A DNA stretch of 64,000 bases from an uncultured bacterium. Its GTDB lineage: Bacteria; Patescibacteriota; Minisyncoccia; Phycocordibacterales; CAIRYW01. Where the stretch lies: the NCBI GenBank assembly GCA_963766885.1, contig CAVYBO010000001.1:4352-68351 (forward strand), in the 5' to 3' direction. The position numbers were made by a program, and so were the translations under genes. This document shows, piece by piece, positions 19,465 through 28,893 of the stretch. The notes under the pieces were generated by a model. That model did no database searches and was not told the origin of the DNA. It was given only the letters and a program-made list of their open reading frames with translations. Within the stretch, counting starts at the first letter, position 1. Every line of letters starts with the position of its first letter.

Positions 19465-21039
19465 ATGCCTTTAGTATCAATCCCAGAAGCATCTAAATGG
19501 GCAACTGATTATCTTGCCAAAGAAGTGTCGCCAACAAACATTTCTTATCTTGTTCAATATGGCAAGGTTAAAAAGCATGGTGAAAATGGTTCAACTCTTG
19601 TTGATTTGGGTGATCTAAAAAAATATTATGAATCGTATAATGGAAAGCGTGAAATAAGCTGGAAAAAAAATCTTGGTGATGATTTAAACTGGACATTATC
19701 TTTTGATAATCTTCGGGAAAAAGATACAACGAAACATGTTCATAGGCTCCATCCTTACAAAGGAAAATATATTCCTCAACTTGTTGAATATTTTATAGAT
19801 AAACACATTGACGATTTTAAAAAAGAAAAATATTTTAATCCTGGAGACATTATCCTTGATCCATTTTTAGGTTCTGGAACAACAATCATTCAATCACTAG
19901 AAACCGGTCTTCATGCAATTGGTGTTGATGTTTCAGAATTTAATTGCATGATTTCTAGTTGTAAGGCATCGGTTTATGACAATAAATATTTAGAAAATAC
20001 AATCAAGAAAATGCTATTTTCACTTGATACATTCGAGCAGGACAACAAAATTGAAGATTTTGAAAATGAGCTTTTAGCAGAGCTAGCAAAATTTAATGGA
20101 GTACATTTTCCTGGTTATGATTTTAAATACAAAGTTAATCAAGGAAACTTCAATGAAAATAAATTTGCAGTAGAAAAAGAAAAAGAATTTTTACCCGTAT
20201 ATAAAAAATTACTTAAAAAATATTCAATTAAACTGAAACAAGAAAAATCTAATTCTTTTTTAGATATCTGGTTTATGGATAATGTTCGTAAGGAGATAGA
20301 CTATGTATTTGAATCTATTAAGCAAGAAAAAGATGTCAAAACTAGAAAAATCCTTGCTCTTATTTTAAGTCGAACAATTAGATCGTGTCGTGCAACAACT
20401 CATAGCGATTTAGCCACACTAAAAGAACCACAACTTACAACTTATTATTGCTATAAACATAAAAAAATTTGTAAACCTCTTTTTTCAATAAAAACAATGC
20501 TGAATCGTTATGCGTTTGATACTTTAAATCGTATTAAAGAATTTAATAGCTTACGTAAGCCAGTACACTACTCTGTTCTAACTGGAGACTCGAGAACAGT
20601 AAACATCTTTGATAAAATAGAAAAGCAAAATCCAGAATTATCTAAAATTCTTAAGAAGCAAAAAATCGCGGGCATTTTCTGCTCTCCTCCATATGTTGGA
20701 CAGATTGATTATCACGAACAGCACGCTTATGCTTACGATCTTCTAGGATTCAAGCGAAAGGATGAATTAGAAATAGGTCCTCTATATAAAGGACAAGGAT
20801 TAGAAGCAAGACGATCATATGTTCAAGGAATTGCAGATGTATTAAACAACTGTAAGAATTACCTCAAGGATGATTTTGACGTTTTTCTTGTTGCAAATGA
20901 TAAATATAATCTTTATCCAGAAATTGCAGAAAAGTCTGGAATGAAAATTGTAAATAAATTCAAGCGGCCAGTGTTGAATAGAACGGAAAGAGATCGAAAT
21001 CCTTATTCAGAAATAATTTTTCATTTCAAATCAAAATAA
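19465..21039 (+). CDS. amino-methyltransferase (probably N4-cytosine) of type II R-M system, N-terminal HTH-like domain
   Basis: HPYKGKY, DPFLGSGTT (motif I) before SPPY (motif IV). Confidence 0.9.
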   Translation: MPLVSIPEASKWATDYLAKEVSPTNISYLVQYGKVKKHGENGSTLVDLGDLKKYYESYNGKREISWKKNLGDDLNWTLSFDNLREKDTTKHVHRLHPYKGKYIPQLVEYFIDKHIDDFKKEKYFNPGDIILDPFLGSGTTIIQSLETGLHAIGVDVSEFNCMISSCKASVYDNKYLENTIKKMLFSLDTFEQDNKIEDFENELLAELAKFNGVHFPGYDFKYKVNQGNFNENKFAVEKEKEFLPVYKKLLKKYSIKLKQEKSNSFLDIWFMDNVRKEIDYVFESIKQEKDVKTRKILALILSRTIRSCRATTHSDLATLKEPQLTTYYCYKHKKICKPLFSIKTMLNRYAFDTLNRIKEFNSLRKPVHYSVLTGDSRTVNIFDKIEKQNPELSKILKKQKIAGIFCSPPYVGQIDYHEQHAYAYDLLGFKRKDELEIGPLYKGQGLEARRSYVQGIADVLNNCKNYLKDDFDVFLVANDKYNLYPEIAEKSGMKIVNKFKRPVLNRTERDRNPYSEIIFHFKSK

Positions 21040-21042
21040 TTT

Positions 21043-21822
21043 ATGGCTTTATCTAAAGAACAAACAAAAAGTGTAGAAGAAGTTTTGAAGGCAAGTTTGC
21101 GTAATAAGTTTCAAAACTATAAACCTGAACCAGCATCAATGCCTTTTCATACTCGTTTGCTTGGCAAAGACAGACTTGCTTTGTATTCTTTTATCCATTC
21201 ATTAAATACAAATTTTGGTACAAGTATATTTGAGCCAGTTGGCTTAGCGTTAGCACAAAAGAATTTTAAAATGGCAGCTTCACAAGCTACAGCTGGAGAT
21301 CAAATTAGTACAGAGGCACAGGTTGAAATTCAAAAAATTATTGATGGTCTTATTACCGCGACAAATTCTCCAAGCAAAACAGAAGAAATTGAAAGGATAC
21401 GCAAAGTTTGTCAAACGGGTGAAATGATTAAGGTTAAGCCGACAAAAGTTGATTTGATGTTTGAATCAAAGGACGGCGCATATTTTTTATTTGATATCAA
21501 AACAGCAAAACCAAATGCTGGCGGCTTTAAAGAATTTAAGCGCACACTTCTTGAATGGGTTGCTGTCGTTTTGGCAAATAAACCAGATGCGAAAATAAAT
21601 ACTTTTATTGCAATTCCTTATAATCCTTATGAGCCAGAACCATATACTCGTTGGACAATGCGAGGAATGCTTGATCTGGAAAATGAACTTAAAGTCGCAG
21701 ATGAGTTTTGGGATTTTCTTGGTGGTAAAAATACTTATAAAGATTTACTCGACTGTTTTGAAAGAGTTGGTATTGAGTTGAGAGATGAAATTGATACTTA
21801 CTTTAAGCGCTTCAATAAATAA
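21043..21822 (+). CDS. type II restriction endonuclease, TdeIII/MjaII-like
   Basis: SLNTNFGTSIFE, VDL...DIKTAKPN, PYNPY, EFWDFLGG; adjacent MTase. Confidence 0.85.
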   Translation: MALSKEQTKSVEEVLKASLRNKFQNYKPEPASMPFHTRLLGKDRLALYSFIHSLNTNFGTSIFEPVGLALAQKNFKMAASQATAGDQISTEAQVEIQKIIDGLITATNSPSKTEEIERIRKVCQTGEMIKVKPTKVDLMFESKDGAYFLFDIKTAKPNAGGFKEFKRTLLEWVAVVLANKPDAKINTFIAIPYNPYEPEPYTRWTMRGMLDLENELKVADEFWDFLGGKNTYKDLLDCFERVGIELRDEIDTYFKRFNK

Positions 21823-21827
21823 ACCAC

Positions 21828-21962
21828 ATGACCGAAGAATTATTTGAATTCGCAAAAGACAATGATTTGAGTTTTGATGAAGCGATTGAGGTGCAGGAGG
21901 TTGCTGACGACCAAAGCTTGGATTTGGATGAGGCATATGAGATTTGGCAAGGAAATCAATAG
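21828..21962 (+). CDS. small acidic protein (44 aa)
   Basis: MTEELFEFAKDNDLSFDEAIEVQEVADDQSLDLDEAYEIWQGNQ; fills gap between REase and next gene. Confidence 0.6.
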   Translation: MTEELFEFAKDNDLSFDEAIEVQEVADDQSLDLDEAYEIWQGNQ

Positions 21963-21972
21963 AGAATCAATA

Positions 21973-22392
21973 ATGAGGAAACGCATAGCACTTTATAAAC
22001 TCAAATTTCCGCGTATTTTTAAGGTGCGCAGGCGAAAGGTGAGAAGCAAAAAACCAAGCGCCAAGTATCTGAAGTTCAAAGACGCTGCTCAACAACTAGC
22101 AGAGGAGAAAATTGAAAAGTTTAATAAAATTTACAATTTTAAGTTGGGTAAAATAAGTATCAAAAATCAAAAGACTCGTTGGGGCAGCTGTTCGAGCAAA
22201 GGGAATATAAATTTTAATTACAAGATCGCGCTTTTGCCCGAGAGAATTTGCGACTATATTGTGGTTCACGAGCTTTGTCATCTGGGAGAATTTAATCACT
22301 CTAGAAAATTTTGGAATTTGGTGGCTGTAGCCGTGCCCGATTATGCAGATATTAGGGCGCAATTGAAAAGAAGTGACTTAAGGTTTTATTAG
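21973..22392 (+). CDS. YgjP/M48-like zinc metallopeptidase-domain protein
   Basis: KTRWGSCS, YIVVHELCH, NHSRKFW; ATG at 21973. Confidence 0.9.
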   Translation: MRKRIALYKLKFPRIFKVRRRKVRSKKPSAKYLKFKDAAQQLAEEKIEKFNKIYNFKLGKISIKNQKTRWGSCSSKGNINFNYKIALLPERICDYIVVHELCHLGEFNHSRKFWNLVAVAVPDYADIRAQLKRSDLRFY

Positions 22393-22394
22393 TA

Positions 22395-22420
22395 TGTAAA
22401 GAAAGTGGCAGACAATCGTC
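22395..22420 (+). promoter_or_regulatory. candidate ECF sigma promoter
   Basis: TGTAAA-N16-CGTC. Confidence 0.5.
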
Positions 22421-22472
22421 TTCACTTATAAGTAGCAAAGGTCGATTTATAAGCCATAAATCGCACAAATAT

Positions 22473-22652
22473 ATGACATGGCAAGGATGGATAAATTTTG
22501 TCGTGGGTCTTTGGGTTATTATTACTCCTTTTCTCGGTATGTCCATGAGTTCTCTAGCCACTAATCTTGTAGTTTCTGGAATCATCGTTGCAGTACTATC
22601 ACTTTGGGAGGAATTCCAATACAAAGACATCAGAATGCACGTTCACGGATAA
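22473..22652 (+). CDS. SPW-repeat-like small membrane protein (59 aa)
   Basis: MTWQGWINFVVGLWVIITPFLG...NLVVSGIIVAVLSLW; below ORF-track cutoff. Confidence 0.75.
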   Translation: MTWQGWINFVVGLWVIITPFLGMSMSSLATNLVVSGIIVAVLSLWEEFQYKDIRMHVHG

Positions 22653-22721
22653 TTCTGCTGTTCCAAAAAGCCGCCTCCAAAAAGAGAGGCAGCTTTTTGG
22701 TGCGCGGATTTAGAATAATTT

Positions 22722-23327
22722 TTAAGCCGCTTCGATACTGGCGAATTTAGTAAAAACTATAAGACGATGATCATACGTTGATTTGTCAGCAGTCAATTTA
22801 CCGGCGCAAGTGATCAAGTTTAGTTCACGTATATTTCCGTTTTGGCCAAAAAGTGTTGATGCCGAAAGGGAAGCAAGCGCATAGGTGTTTGCAGCGGACA
22901 CTTTAAAATCAAGTTTCTGATTTTGGTCGGTGATGACGAATATATCATCGCCAGGTTTCAAATCTTTAAGACTATTAAATGCGGCAAATACGTGGGCGTC
23001 AAAAACAGAAGTGCCGATATTGCCTGGAACCGTGCCGTATTTGTACCAGCCGACATTTTTGGTTTTTCCGTTCGGAACAGCCATGTTACCGTTTTGGTCT
23101 TTTCCAACAGCCTGCACGGGTGAATTCAAATTTAATGAAGGAATAATGACTCTTACAGGATTGCCTAAATTGGCGGCAATATTTTTTGCCAAAGGAAGAG
23201 CTATTTTTTGCAAAGTGGGCAAAGTTGAAGCTGTAGCGGTTTCTTTGATGGGAAAAACAGCAAAAAACAGCACTGTTATTATAAAAAAAAGGCCCCATCG
23301 GGCGATCTTTGATACCTTCGTGTACAT
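22722..23327 (-). CDS. class F sortase
   Basis: VGWY..G..PG, AH, LNLITCAG, R motif. Confidence 0.88.
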   Translation of the reverse strand: MYTKVSKIARWGLFFIITVLFFAVFPIKETATASTLPTLQKIALPLAKNIAANLGNPVRVIIPSLNLNSPVQAVGKDQNGNMAVPNGKTKNVGWYKYGTVPGNIGTSVFDAHVFAAFNSLKDLKPGDDIFVITDQNQKLDFKVSAANTYALASLSASTLFGQNGNIRELNLITCAGKLTADKSTYDHRLIVFTKFASIEAA

Positions 23328-23370
23328 ATTTGTATCGAATATTATAAACCACCTGTGGGTTTTGTATAGC

Positions 23371-23398
23371 TGTAATTATTAGTTTTTTGGAGCGTCTA
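23371..23398 (+). promoter_or_regulatory. candidate ECF sigma promoter
   Basis: TGTAAT-N16-CGTCTA upstream of 23436. Confidence 0.5.
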
Positions 23399-23435
23399 TA
23401 AGGGTGATAAAGGTCGTATTAATAGCTTAATTAAC

Positions 23436-23885
23436 ATGACCATGAAATTCACATCAATACTTTCTATCACGCTGATTGCTTCTGTTCTAGCTTTTGCTGG
23501 ATTAGCAAGTGCGCAAACCACAACAACTGTTACTATGCCTATTCTCTATAATGCTGATGGACAAGCGGTAAATACTTCAGGCGGAACATTGCCAGCAGGA
23601 ACTTACTATCTAGCATCTGGAGAAGTCGGTCCTGTAACTTATTATGGAGACGGTACTTACTATAACTCTGCAGCAGGAGTGTTCGGCGGCAGTGTCTATA
23701 ATGCAACCGGAGAAGCGGGTACGTTCACTGTGCCAGCAATGACCTCAACTGCAAGCGTCGGTATTCCAAACACTGGAGCAGGGGGTGATGCAATAGGCGT
23801 GTGGGTAACACTTGCTATTTCGGCTCTAGCTAGTATCGCAGGGGCTCTATATTTATCTCGCTCTCGTTATGAATTCACAAAGTAG
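23436..23885 (+). CDS. secreted protein with LPxTG-like (IPNTG) sorting signal
   Basis: signal peptide; IPNTG, TM helix, basic tail RSR. Confidence 0.8.
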   Translation: MTMKFTSILSITLIASVLAFAGLASAQTTTTVTMPILYNADGQAVNTSGGTLPAGTYYLASGEVGPVTYYGDGTYYNSAAGVFGGSVYNATGEAGTFTVPAMTSTASVGIPNTGAGGDAIGVWVTLAISALASIAGALYLSRSRYEFTK

Positions 23886-24567
23886 AGTTAAATATATCCT
23901 AGCAAGCGTGATCACGATCACCGGAGTGGTCGTGTTTGCGTTTGTATTTGTGAACGCAGCTATTTATACGCCAAATGGAGACACTGACGGACTTCAAGTC
24001 CCAACAACCACAACAGAAACTGCAAAAAATGATCCACTGTTGGCAATTCAGAATGTTAATAATAATGTCGCTGCTGTTGAAAGTGCTTCTGTAGCGCCTG
24101 CTGTCCCATCTGCTCCAAGTAATTTTCCTGATAAAATTTTAATACCTAAAATTTCTGTTGACGCCAGCATACAATATGTCGGTTTGACTACTAAAAACAA
24201 TTTGGCAGTGCCAAGCAATTTCATAGACACTGCCTGGTACGAGGACGGTCCGGTTCCAGGTCAAAATGGTACTGCAATTATTGATGGTCATCTTGACGAT
24301 GGTCTCGGCTTTCCTGCTGTCTTTTGGAATCTTTCTAAGCTTAGTGTGGGCGATGAAATTGATATTACTACAAACGGAGGGAGGACTTTGCGTTTTGCTG
24401 TTACCCAAACCGATACATACAATTACAATGATCCGAATGCTTCGGCGGAAATATTTGCTCAAAGCAATGCGCCGACCATTCGCTTAATTACCTGTGCCGG
24501 AAGCTGGGTAGAATCGGCAAAAATGTACAACGAGCGAACAGTTGTTACTGCGCAGTTAATAAATTAA
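23869..24567 (+). CDS. class F sortase
   Basis: AWY..GPVPG..G.AIIDGH, IRLITCAG, ERTVV. Confidence 0.9.
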   Translation: MNSQSRVKYILASVITITGVVVFAFVFVNAAIYTPNGDTDGLQVPTTTTETAKNDPLLAIQNVNNNVAAVESASVAPAVPSAPSNFPDKILIPKISVDASIQYVGLTTKNNLAVPSNFIDTAWYEDGPVPGQNGTAIIDGHLDDGLGFPAVFWNLSKLSVGDEIDITTNGGRTLRFAVTQTDTYNYNDPNASAEIFAQSNAPTIRLITCAGSWVESAKMYNERTVVTAQLIN

Positions 24568-24625
24568 ATTTTTTAAAAAATATTAAATAAGCTATAAAAA
24601 GCATCCCGCATCCGGGGTGCTTTTT

Positions 24626-24741
24626 AGGAGGTTATTCTACCTTAGTCTATGCCACACGTGGGTGCTTAAGGAATAGTCCAAGGACTACTGCGATATAATG
24701 CTCCCTTTTGTATTAAAGCAACAAAGGCGAATAGCTCTCCT
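24626..24741 (-). ncRNA. candidate small structured RNA
   Basis: ends pair (AGGAGAGCTATTC...GAATAACCTCCT), internal TAGTCC/GGACTA hairpin, upstream TGTAAA-N16-CGTA. Confidence 0.35.
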
Positions 24742-24901
24742 ACTTGTATATACGTACAGGAAGAGGATTTTTTACATTAACAAGAGAATATTTTGTGTTC
24801 TAATTTCAAGAATTTTTTATGCTAAAATTATACTACAAGCAATTTCTAGAATTGGTACCACATAACTTTGCGGTAAGAGATGATATTTTTATTCGTCTAC
24901 C

Positions 24902-25417
24902 ATGAAAGAGAAAAATAAAAAGAGATTCGAAAGCCTTTATGCAAAACAGTCTGATGCGATATATCGTTTCTGTCTCTTTCGTGTGTCGGATAAAGAAAAG
25001 GCTCTTGAGATAATGCAAGAATGTTTTTTAAAGTTTTGGGTTTTGCTCTCTGAAAACAAAAAAGATATTAATAGCGATAAAACCATGCTCTTTACGATAG
25101 CTAGAAATATGGTTATAGACTGGTACAGAAAGAAAAAAGCTGTTTCTCTGGAAGCTATGGCTGAGCAAGACGACGGAATTGTTGAAATCTTGGATGATCA
25201 CTTTTACGCGGATGTTTCGATGCAGGTGGAAGGAAAGTTTGCATTGGATAAAATAAATGAGCTTTCTCCATCCTACAGAAGTGCGGTTTACTTGCGATTT
25301 GTTGAAGGAATCGGACCCAGTGAAATTGCTGAAATAATGGGAGAAAGTTCAAACTCTGTGTCTGTAAAAATAAACAGGGGGATAAATGAATTGAGAAAAA
25401 AGCTCGGATATCAATAA
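24902..25417 (+). CDS. ECF RNA polymerase sigma factor
   Basis: region 2 (IYRFC...QECFLK, LFTIARNMVIDWYRK) and region 4 (EIAEIMG..VSVKINRG). Confidence 0.92.
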   Translation: MKEKNKKRFESLYAKQSDAIYRFCLFRVSDKEKALEIMQECFLKFWVLLSENKKDINSDKTMLFTIARNMVIDWYRKKKAVSLEAMAEQDDGIVEILDDHFYADVSMQVEGKFALDKINELSPSYRSAVYLRFVEGIGPSEIAEIMGESSNSVSVKINRGINELRKKLGYQ

Positions 25418-25426
25418 ATTAAGAAA

Positions 25427-26470
25427 ATGACCAACGATAATAATTTTAAAAAAAGAATAGAAGCGATAAAGTCCGTTAAATTGACGACTTCTGAAAAGGA
25501 GCAGGCGCTTAAAAGTATAATGAGCCAGATTGACGAGATGAAACTCGTGGAAAGCCCATATTTAGAGTTTTTTCAATACTTAAATAAAAAACCTGCGTAT
25601 GCCTATGTTGCGGCTTTGGTTTTGATTGCACTAATAGGTGGAAGTACTTCCTATGCCTCAGAAGCCGCATTGCCTGGAGATATTTTGTATCCAGTAAAAG
25701 TAGATGTCACTGAACCAATAGAAGGAGTGTTTACTTTGGGAGCTGCTGCCCAGGCTAATTGGCATGAAGAATTGGTAGAAAAAAGGCTTCAAGAATCGGA
25801 AACTCTTGCTCAAAATAATATGCTAAGTGCAAGCAACACGGATTCTATAAATATAAATGTTCAAACCTCAATAAAATCATTTGATAACGACATATCTAAT
25901 CTGGATAAAACTGATCCTGTAGAAGCCGACCAAGTAAAGATAAATTTTTTGACTAAAGCGGATATTTATTCAAAAATCTTACAAAAACTGAACTCAAATG
26001 AAAAACAGGTCTCCAATATTCAATCAATAAGAAATAATTTAAACCAAGCTATAGAAAACACATTTTTAGTTTCTTTGGAAGGAGATTCAACAAATACACC
26101 TATTGTTTCAGAGAGGGTAAATTATAATACTGAGTCGAAAGGAGACTATTACAAGCCGGCAAATAATATTGGCAATATAGAAAAAACTCAAATTACAACA
26201 GATGAATATAGTGCTAAATCCCCGATTGTTAGCACTACCACGAACCTAAATGCGTCTACTTCGACTTTTAATGCGGCGAGTTCTTCCCTGCAGATGTCTA
26301 ATACAAATATCCAAAGTAATGTTTCTGCGGGGATTTCTGGAACAGCGAGTAATTCCAGTTCAGTAACAAACTCGCCAATTCTAAGCACTCCACTCGGTAA
26401 TTCCTCTCCAGGCGCTGTAACCAGGCCCGCTCAGGCTACAACAAACTTAGTCAACAGTATTCTAAAATAA
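25427..26470 (+). CDS. putative anti-sigma factor with DUF5667-like domain
   Basis: TM then ALPGDILYPVK..E, Ser/Thr-rich tail; follows ECF sigma. Confidence 0.75.
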   Translation: MTNDNNFKKRIEAIKSVKLTTSEKEQALKSIMSQIDEMKLVESPYLEFFQYLNKKPAYAYVAALVLIALIGGSTSYASEAALPGDILYPVKVDVTEPIEGVFTLGAAAQANWHEELVEKRLQESETLAQNNMLSASNTDSININVQTSIKSFDNDISNLDKTDPVEADQVKINFLTKADIYSKILQKLNSNEKQVSNIQSIRNNLNQAIENTFLVSLEGDSTNTPIVSERVNYNTESKGDYYKPANNIGNIEKTQITTDEYSAKSPIVSTTTNLNASTSTFNAASSSLQMSNTNIQSNVSAGISGTASNSSSVTNSPILSTPLGNSSPGAVTRPAQATTNLVNSILK

Positions 26471-26479
26471 TTTTTTTAA

Positions 26480-26605
26480 TTATTTAGACTTTTTAGCAGT
26501 CTTTTTCTCAAGCATTAGCTTCTTAGCAGCATGTCTTTTGGCTGTCTTGTGGCTATGCTTGAAGGCTTTCTTTGAGCTAACTCCGTGATTTATTCTTTTT
26601 ACCAT
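26480..26605 (-). CDS. small basic protein (41 aa)
   Basis: MVKRINHGVSSKKAFKHSHKTAKRHAAKKLMLEKKTAKKSK. Confidence 0.55.
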   Translation of the reverse strand: MVKRINHGVSSKKAFKHSHKTAKRHAAKKLMLEKKTAKKSK

Positions 26606-26694
26606 ATGAATTTATTTGTTAATTGTAAATGCTAATTATACTACGCAATTGGAAAAAAAATTTATAAAAAATTCCATCTTTGCATTCGATGGAC

Positions 26695-26937
26695 TTAATC
26701 GAAGAACTGATGGCTGAAATACAAGCCGTCATCCCTAGAAGCGTCTAGGAAGAAGTGTCCAAGTATCTCAGCTTCTTCGTAAAGATGTAATTCAGGGAAT
26801 TTTCTGTGGAAGAAATCAAGCAAGAATTTGTGAAGCGGATAATCAGTTTCCAATTCATAGAATCCAAAACCTGATATATTGACCTTGGTCCCAGCTTTCA
26901 ACACTAGCTTGTGGTCTTCAAGAACAGTTTTGTACAT
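26695..26937 (-). CDS. hypothetical protein
   Basis: 80-aa ATG ORF. Confidence 0.5.
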   Translation of the reverse strand: MYKTVLEDHKLVLKAGTKVNISGFGFYELETDYPLHKFLLDFFHRKFPELHLYEEAEILGHFFLDASRDDGLYFSHQFFD

Positions 26938-27035
26938 AAAAATTTAATCTATTTATATCACAATAAGTTAAATATGTAAAGTTAAAATTGATAAATTCCA
27001 CTCCGTATAGTAATCTTTACTTGTTCATTATTTTC

Positions 27036-27108
27036 GGGCGATTAGCTCAGTTGGTAGAGCAGCTCATTTACACTGAGAAGGTCACAGGTTCAAGTCCTGT
27101 ATCGCCCA
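27036..27108 (+). tRNA. tRNA-Val(TAC)
   Basis: acceptor GGGCGAT/ATCGCCC, loop TT-TAC-AC, GGTTCAAGTCC. Confidence 0.93.
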
Positions 27109-27111
27109 CAC

Positions 27112-28053
27112 ATGCAAATAGCTACATTAGTTATAACAATTATAGGCCTAGCGTTTTTTGAAGTTGTCTCAAGTATTGATAACGCCGTGGTCAATGCCGA
27201 AGTGCTGCAAACAATGTCCAAAAAAGCCAAGAGATGGTTTCTGGTTTGGGGTGTTGTTTTTGCCGTGTTTGTTGTCCGAGGAATTCTACCTTGGGCAATT
27301 ATCTGGCTTTCAAATCCAAGTCTTGGAATTTGGGGCGCTTTTAGTGCATCTTTTTCAAATAATCCAAGCATTTTGGAATCAATAGAAAAAACTGCGCCAA
27401 CGCTTTTGGTTGCCGGCGGAATATTTTTGCTCTTCCTATTTTTTTCCTGGCTTTTTTTGGAGCCAAAGCACTACGGGCTTTTTGGGGAGAAGTTTTTTAG
27501 AGCAAAATCAGTTTGGTTTTATGGAGTTGTTTCAATAATTTTGACTGTAATTGTTTATCTGTCGCTTGAAATAAATCCAATGATGGCCTTTGGAGCAGTG
27601 GTTGGATCAACAGCATTTTTTATTACAAATGGTTTCAAACAAAATGCTGAAAAAAGCGAAAAGAAACTTTTGAGCGGCTCATACAAACGTTCGGATTTGA
27701 GTAAAATACTTTATCTTGAAATTATTGATGCAACATTCTCAATTGACGGCGTGCTCGGAGCTTTTGCCTTTACACTTTCTGTGCCGCTTATAATTATCGG
27801 CAACGGCATCGGGGCGATAATTCTGCGCAACCTGACTGTTTCAAATATAGACAGTGTCAAAAAATATATTTTTCTAAAAAACGGCGCGATGTATTCTATT
27901 TTTTTCTTGAGCGTTGTTATGCTTTTGGATTCGTTTGGGTTTGCAATGCCGCAGTGGATTTCGCCTTTGATTACAGTTACGGTGGTTGGATACTTTTTTA
28001 TCAAATCGCACAGGCATTTGAAGCGTGGCAATAAGGGAGTTTATCTGTCATAA
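27112..28053 (+). CDS. DUF475/TerC-like membrane protein
   Basis: EVVSSIDNAVVNA, YLEIIDATFSIDGVLGAFA. Confidence 0.88.
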   Translation: MQIATLVITIIGLAFFEVVSSIDNAVVNAEVLQTMSKKAKRWFLVWGVVFAVFVVRGILPWAIIWLSNPSLGIWGAFSASFSNNPSILESIEKTAPTLLVAGGIFLLFLFFSWLFLEPKHYGLFGEKFFRAKSVWFYGVVSIILTVIVYLSLEINPMMAFGAVVGSTAFFITNGFKQNAEKSEKKLLSGSYKRSDLSKILYLEIIDATFSIDGVLGAFAFTLSVPLIIIGNGIGAIILRNLTVSNIDSVKKYIFLKNGAMYSIFFLSVVMLLDSFGFAMPQWISPLITVTVVGYFFIKSHRHLKRGNKGVYLS

Positions 28054-28071
28054 ATATTCTGCTTAAAATAA

Positions 28072-28836
28072 ATGAACAAAATAAAAAAAGAGCCAGGAAA
28101 GAATAAAAAGATAGAAATAATTTATGAAGATAGAGACGTGGCGGTAATAAACAAGCCAGCTGGAATTTCTGTGCATTCGGACGGCAAAAATTCAGAAGAG
28201 ACTTTGGTGGACTGGATAAAAAAAGATATTCCAAAGGCAAAAAAAGTTGGAGAGAATATGTTTACTGAGGAAGGCAAGGAAATTGAACGGCCGGGAATTG
28301 TCCACAGGCTTGATAAACAGACTTCTGGGGCGCTGATTATTGCCAAAAGTCAGGAGAGCTACGAATTTCTGAAAGATCAATTCAAAGCGAGAATTATTTC
28401 CAAAATGTATATTGCCTTTGCGGATGGCGCAATCAAAACTGAGCGGGGAATCATACGCAAGCCAATTGGCAGAAGCCGAAGCGATGCTCGCAAAAGATCA
28501 ACCAAAGCGGACGAAGACAAGTTAAAAGATGCCGAGACTGTGTATAGAAATATCAAAATATCAGACGGAGTAACTCTGCTTGCCTTGTGGCCAAAAACCG
28601 GCAGAACGCATCAAATCAGGGTGCATCTCAAAAGCATTGGACATCCGGTGGTTGCAGATGCTTTGTATGGCAAAAGGCAGAATAAACTCGGATTTAAAAG
28701 GCTGGCACTTCATGCCAGAAGCATTGCTTTCCAGACTGTTTCGGGTAAAAAAATGACAATAAAAGCGCCATTTGCAGCTGATTTCCAAAAGGTTATTGCG
28801 GATTTTGATGCTTCAGAAAATGAGTTGCTAAAATAA
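28072..28836 (+). CDS. RluA/RluD family pseudouridine synthase
   Basis: NKPAG, VHRLDKQTSG, TGRTHQIRVH, LHA. Confidence 0.93.
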   Translation: MNKIKKEPGKNKKIEIIYEDRDVAVINKPAGISVHSDGKNSEETLVDWIKKDIPKAKKVGENMFTEEGKEIERPGIVHRLDKQTSGALIIAKSQESYEFLKDQFKARIISKMYIAFADGAIKTERGIIRKPIGRSRSDARKRSTKADEDKLKDAETVYRNIKISDGVTLLALWPKTGRTHQIRVHLKSIGHPVVADALYGKRQNKLGFKRLALHARSIAFQTVSGKKMTIKAPFAADFQKVIADFDASENELLK

Positions 28837-28893
28837 AGTCCTGTATGTTAAAGTCTTTGTCACGCTAAGTAAATTAGGCAGCAGATTAATCAG

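Noticed and set aside
21874-21972. N-terminal extension of the M48-like ORF from TTG 21874
   Set aside because: Overlaps the acidic 44-aa ORF; ATG 21973 gives a cleaner layout.
27101-27108. TCGCCCA at the tRNA-Val 3' end as another array junction
   Set aside because: It is the tRNA-Val acceptor stem itself, with no arm sequences on either side.
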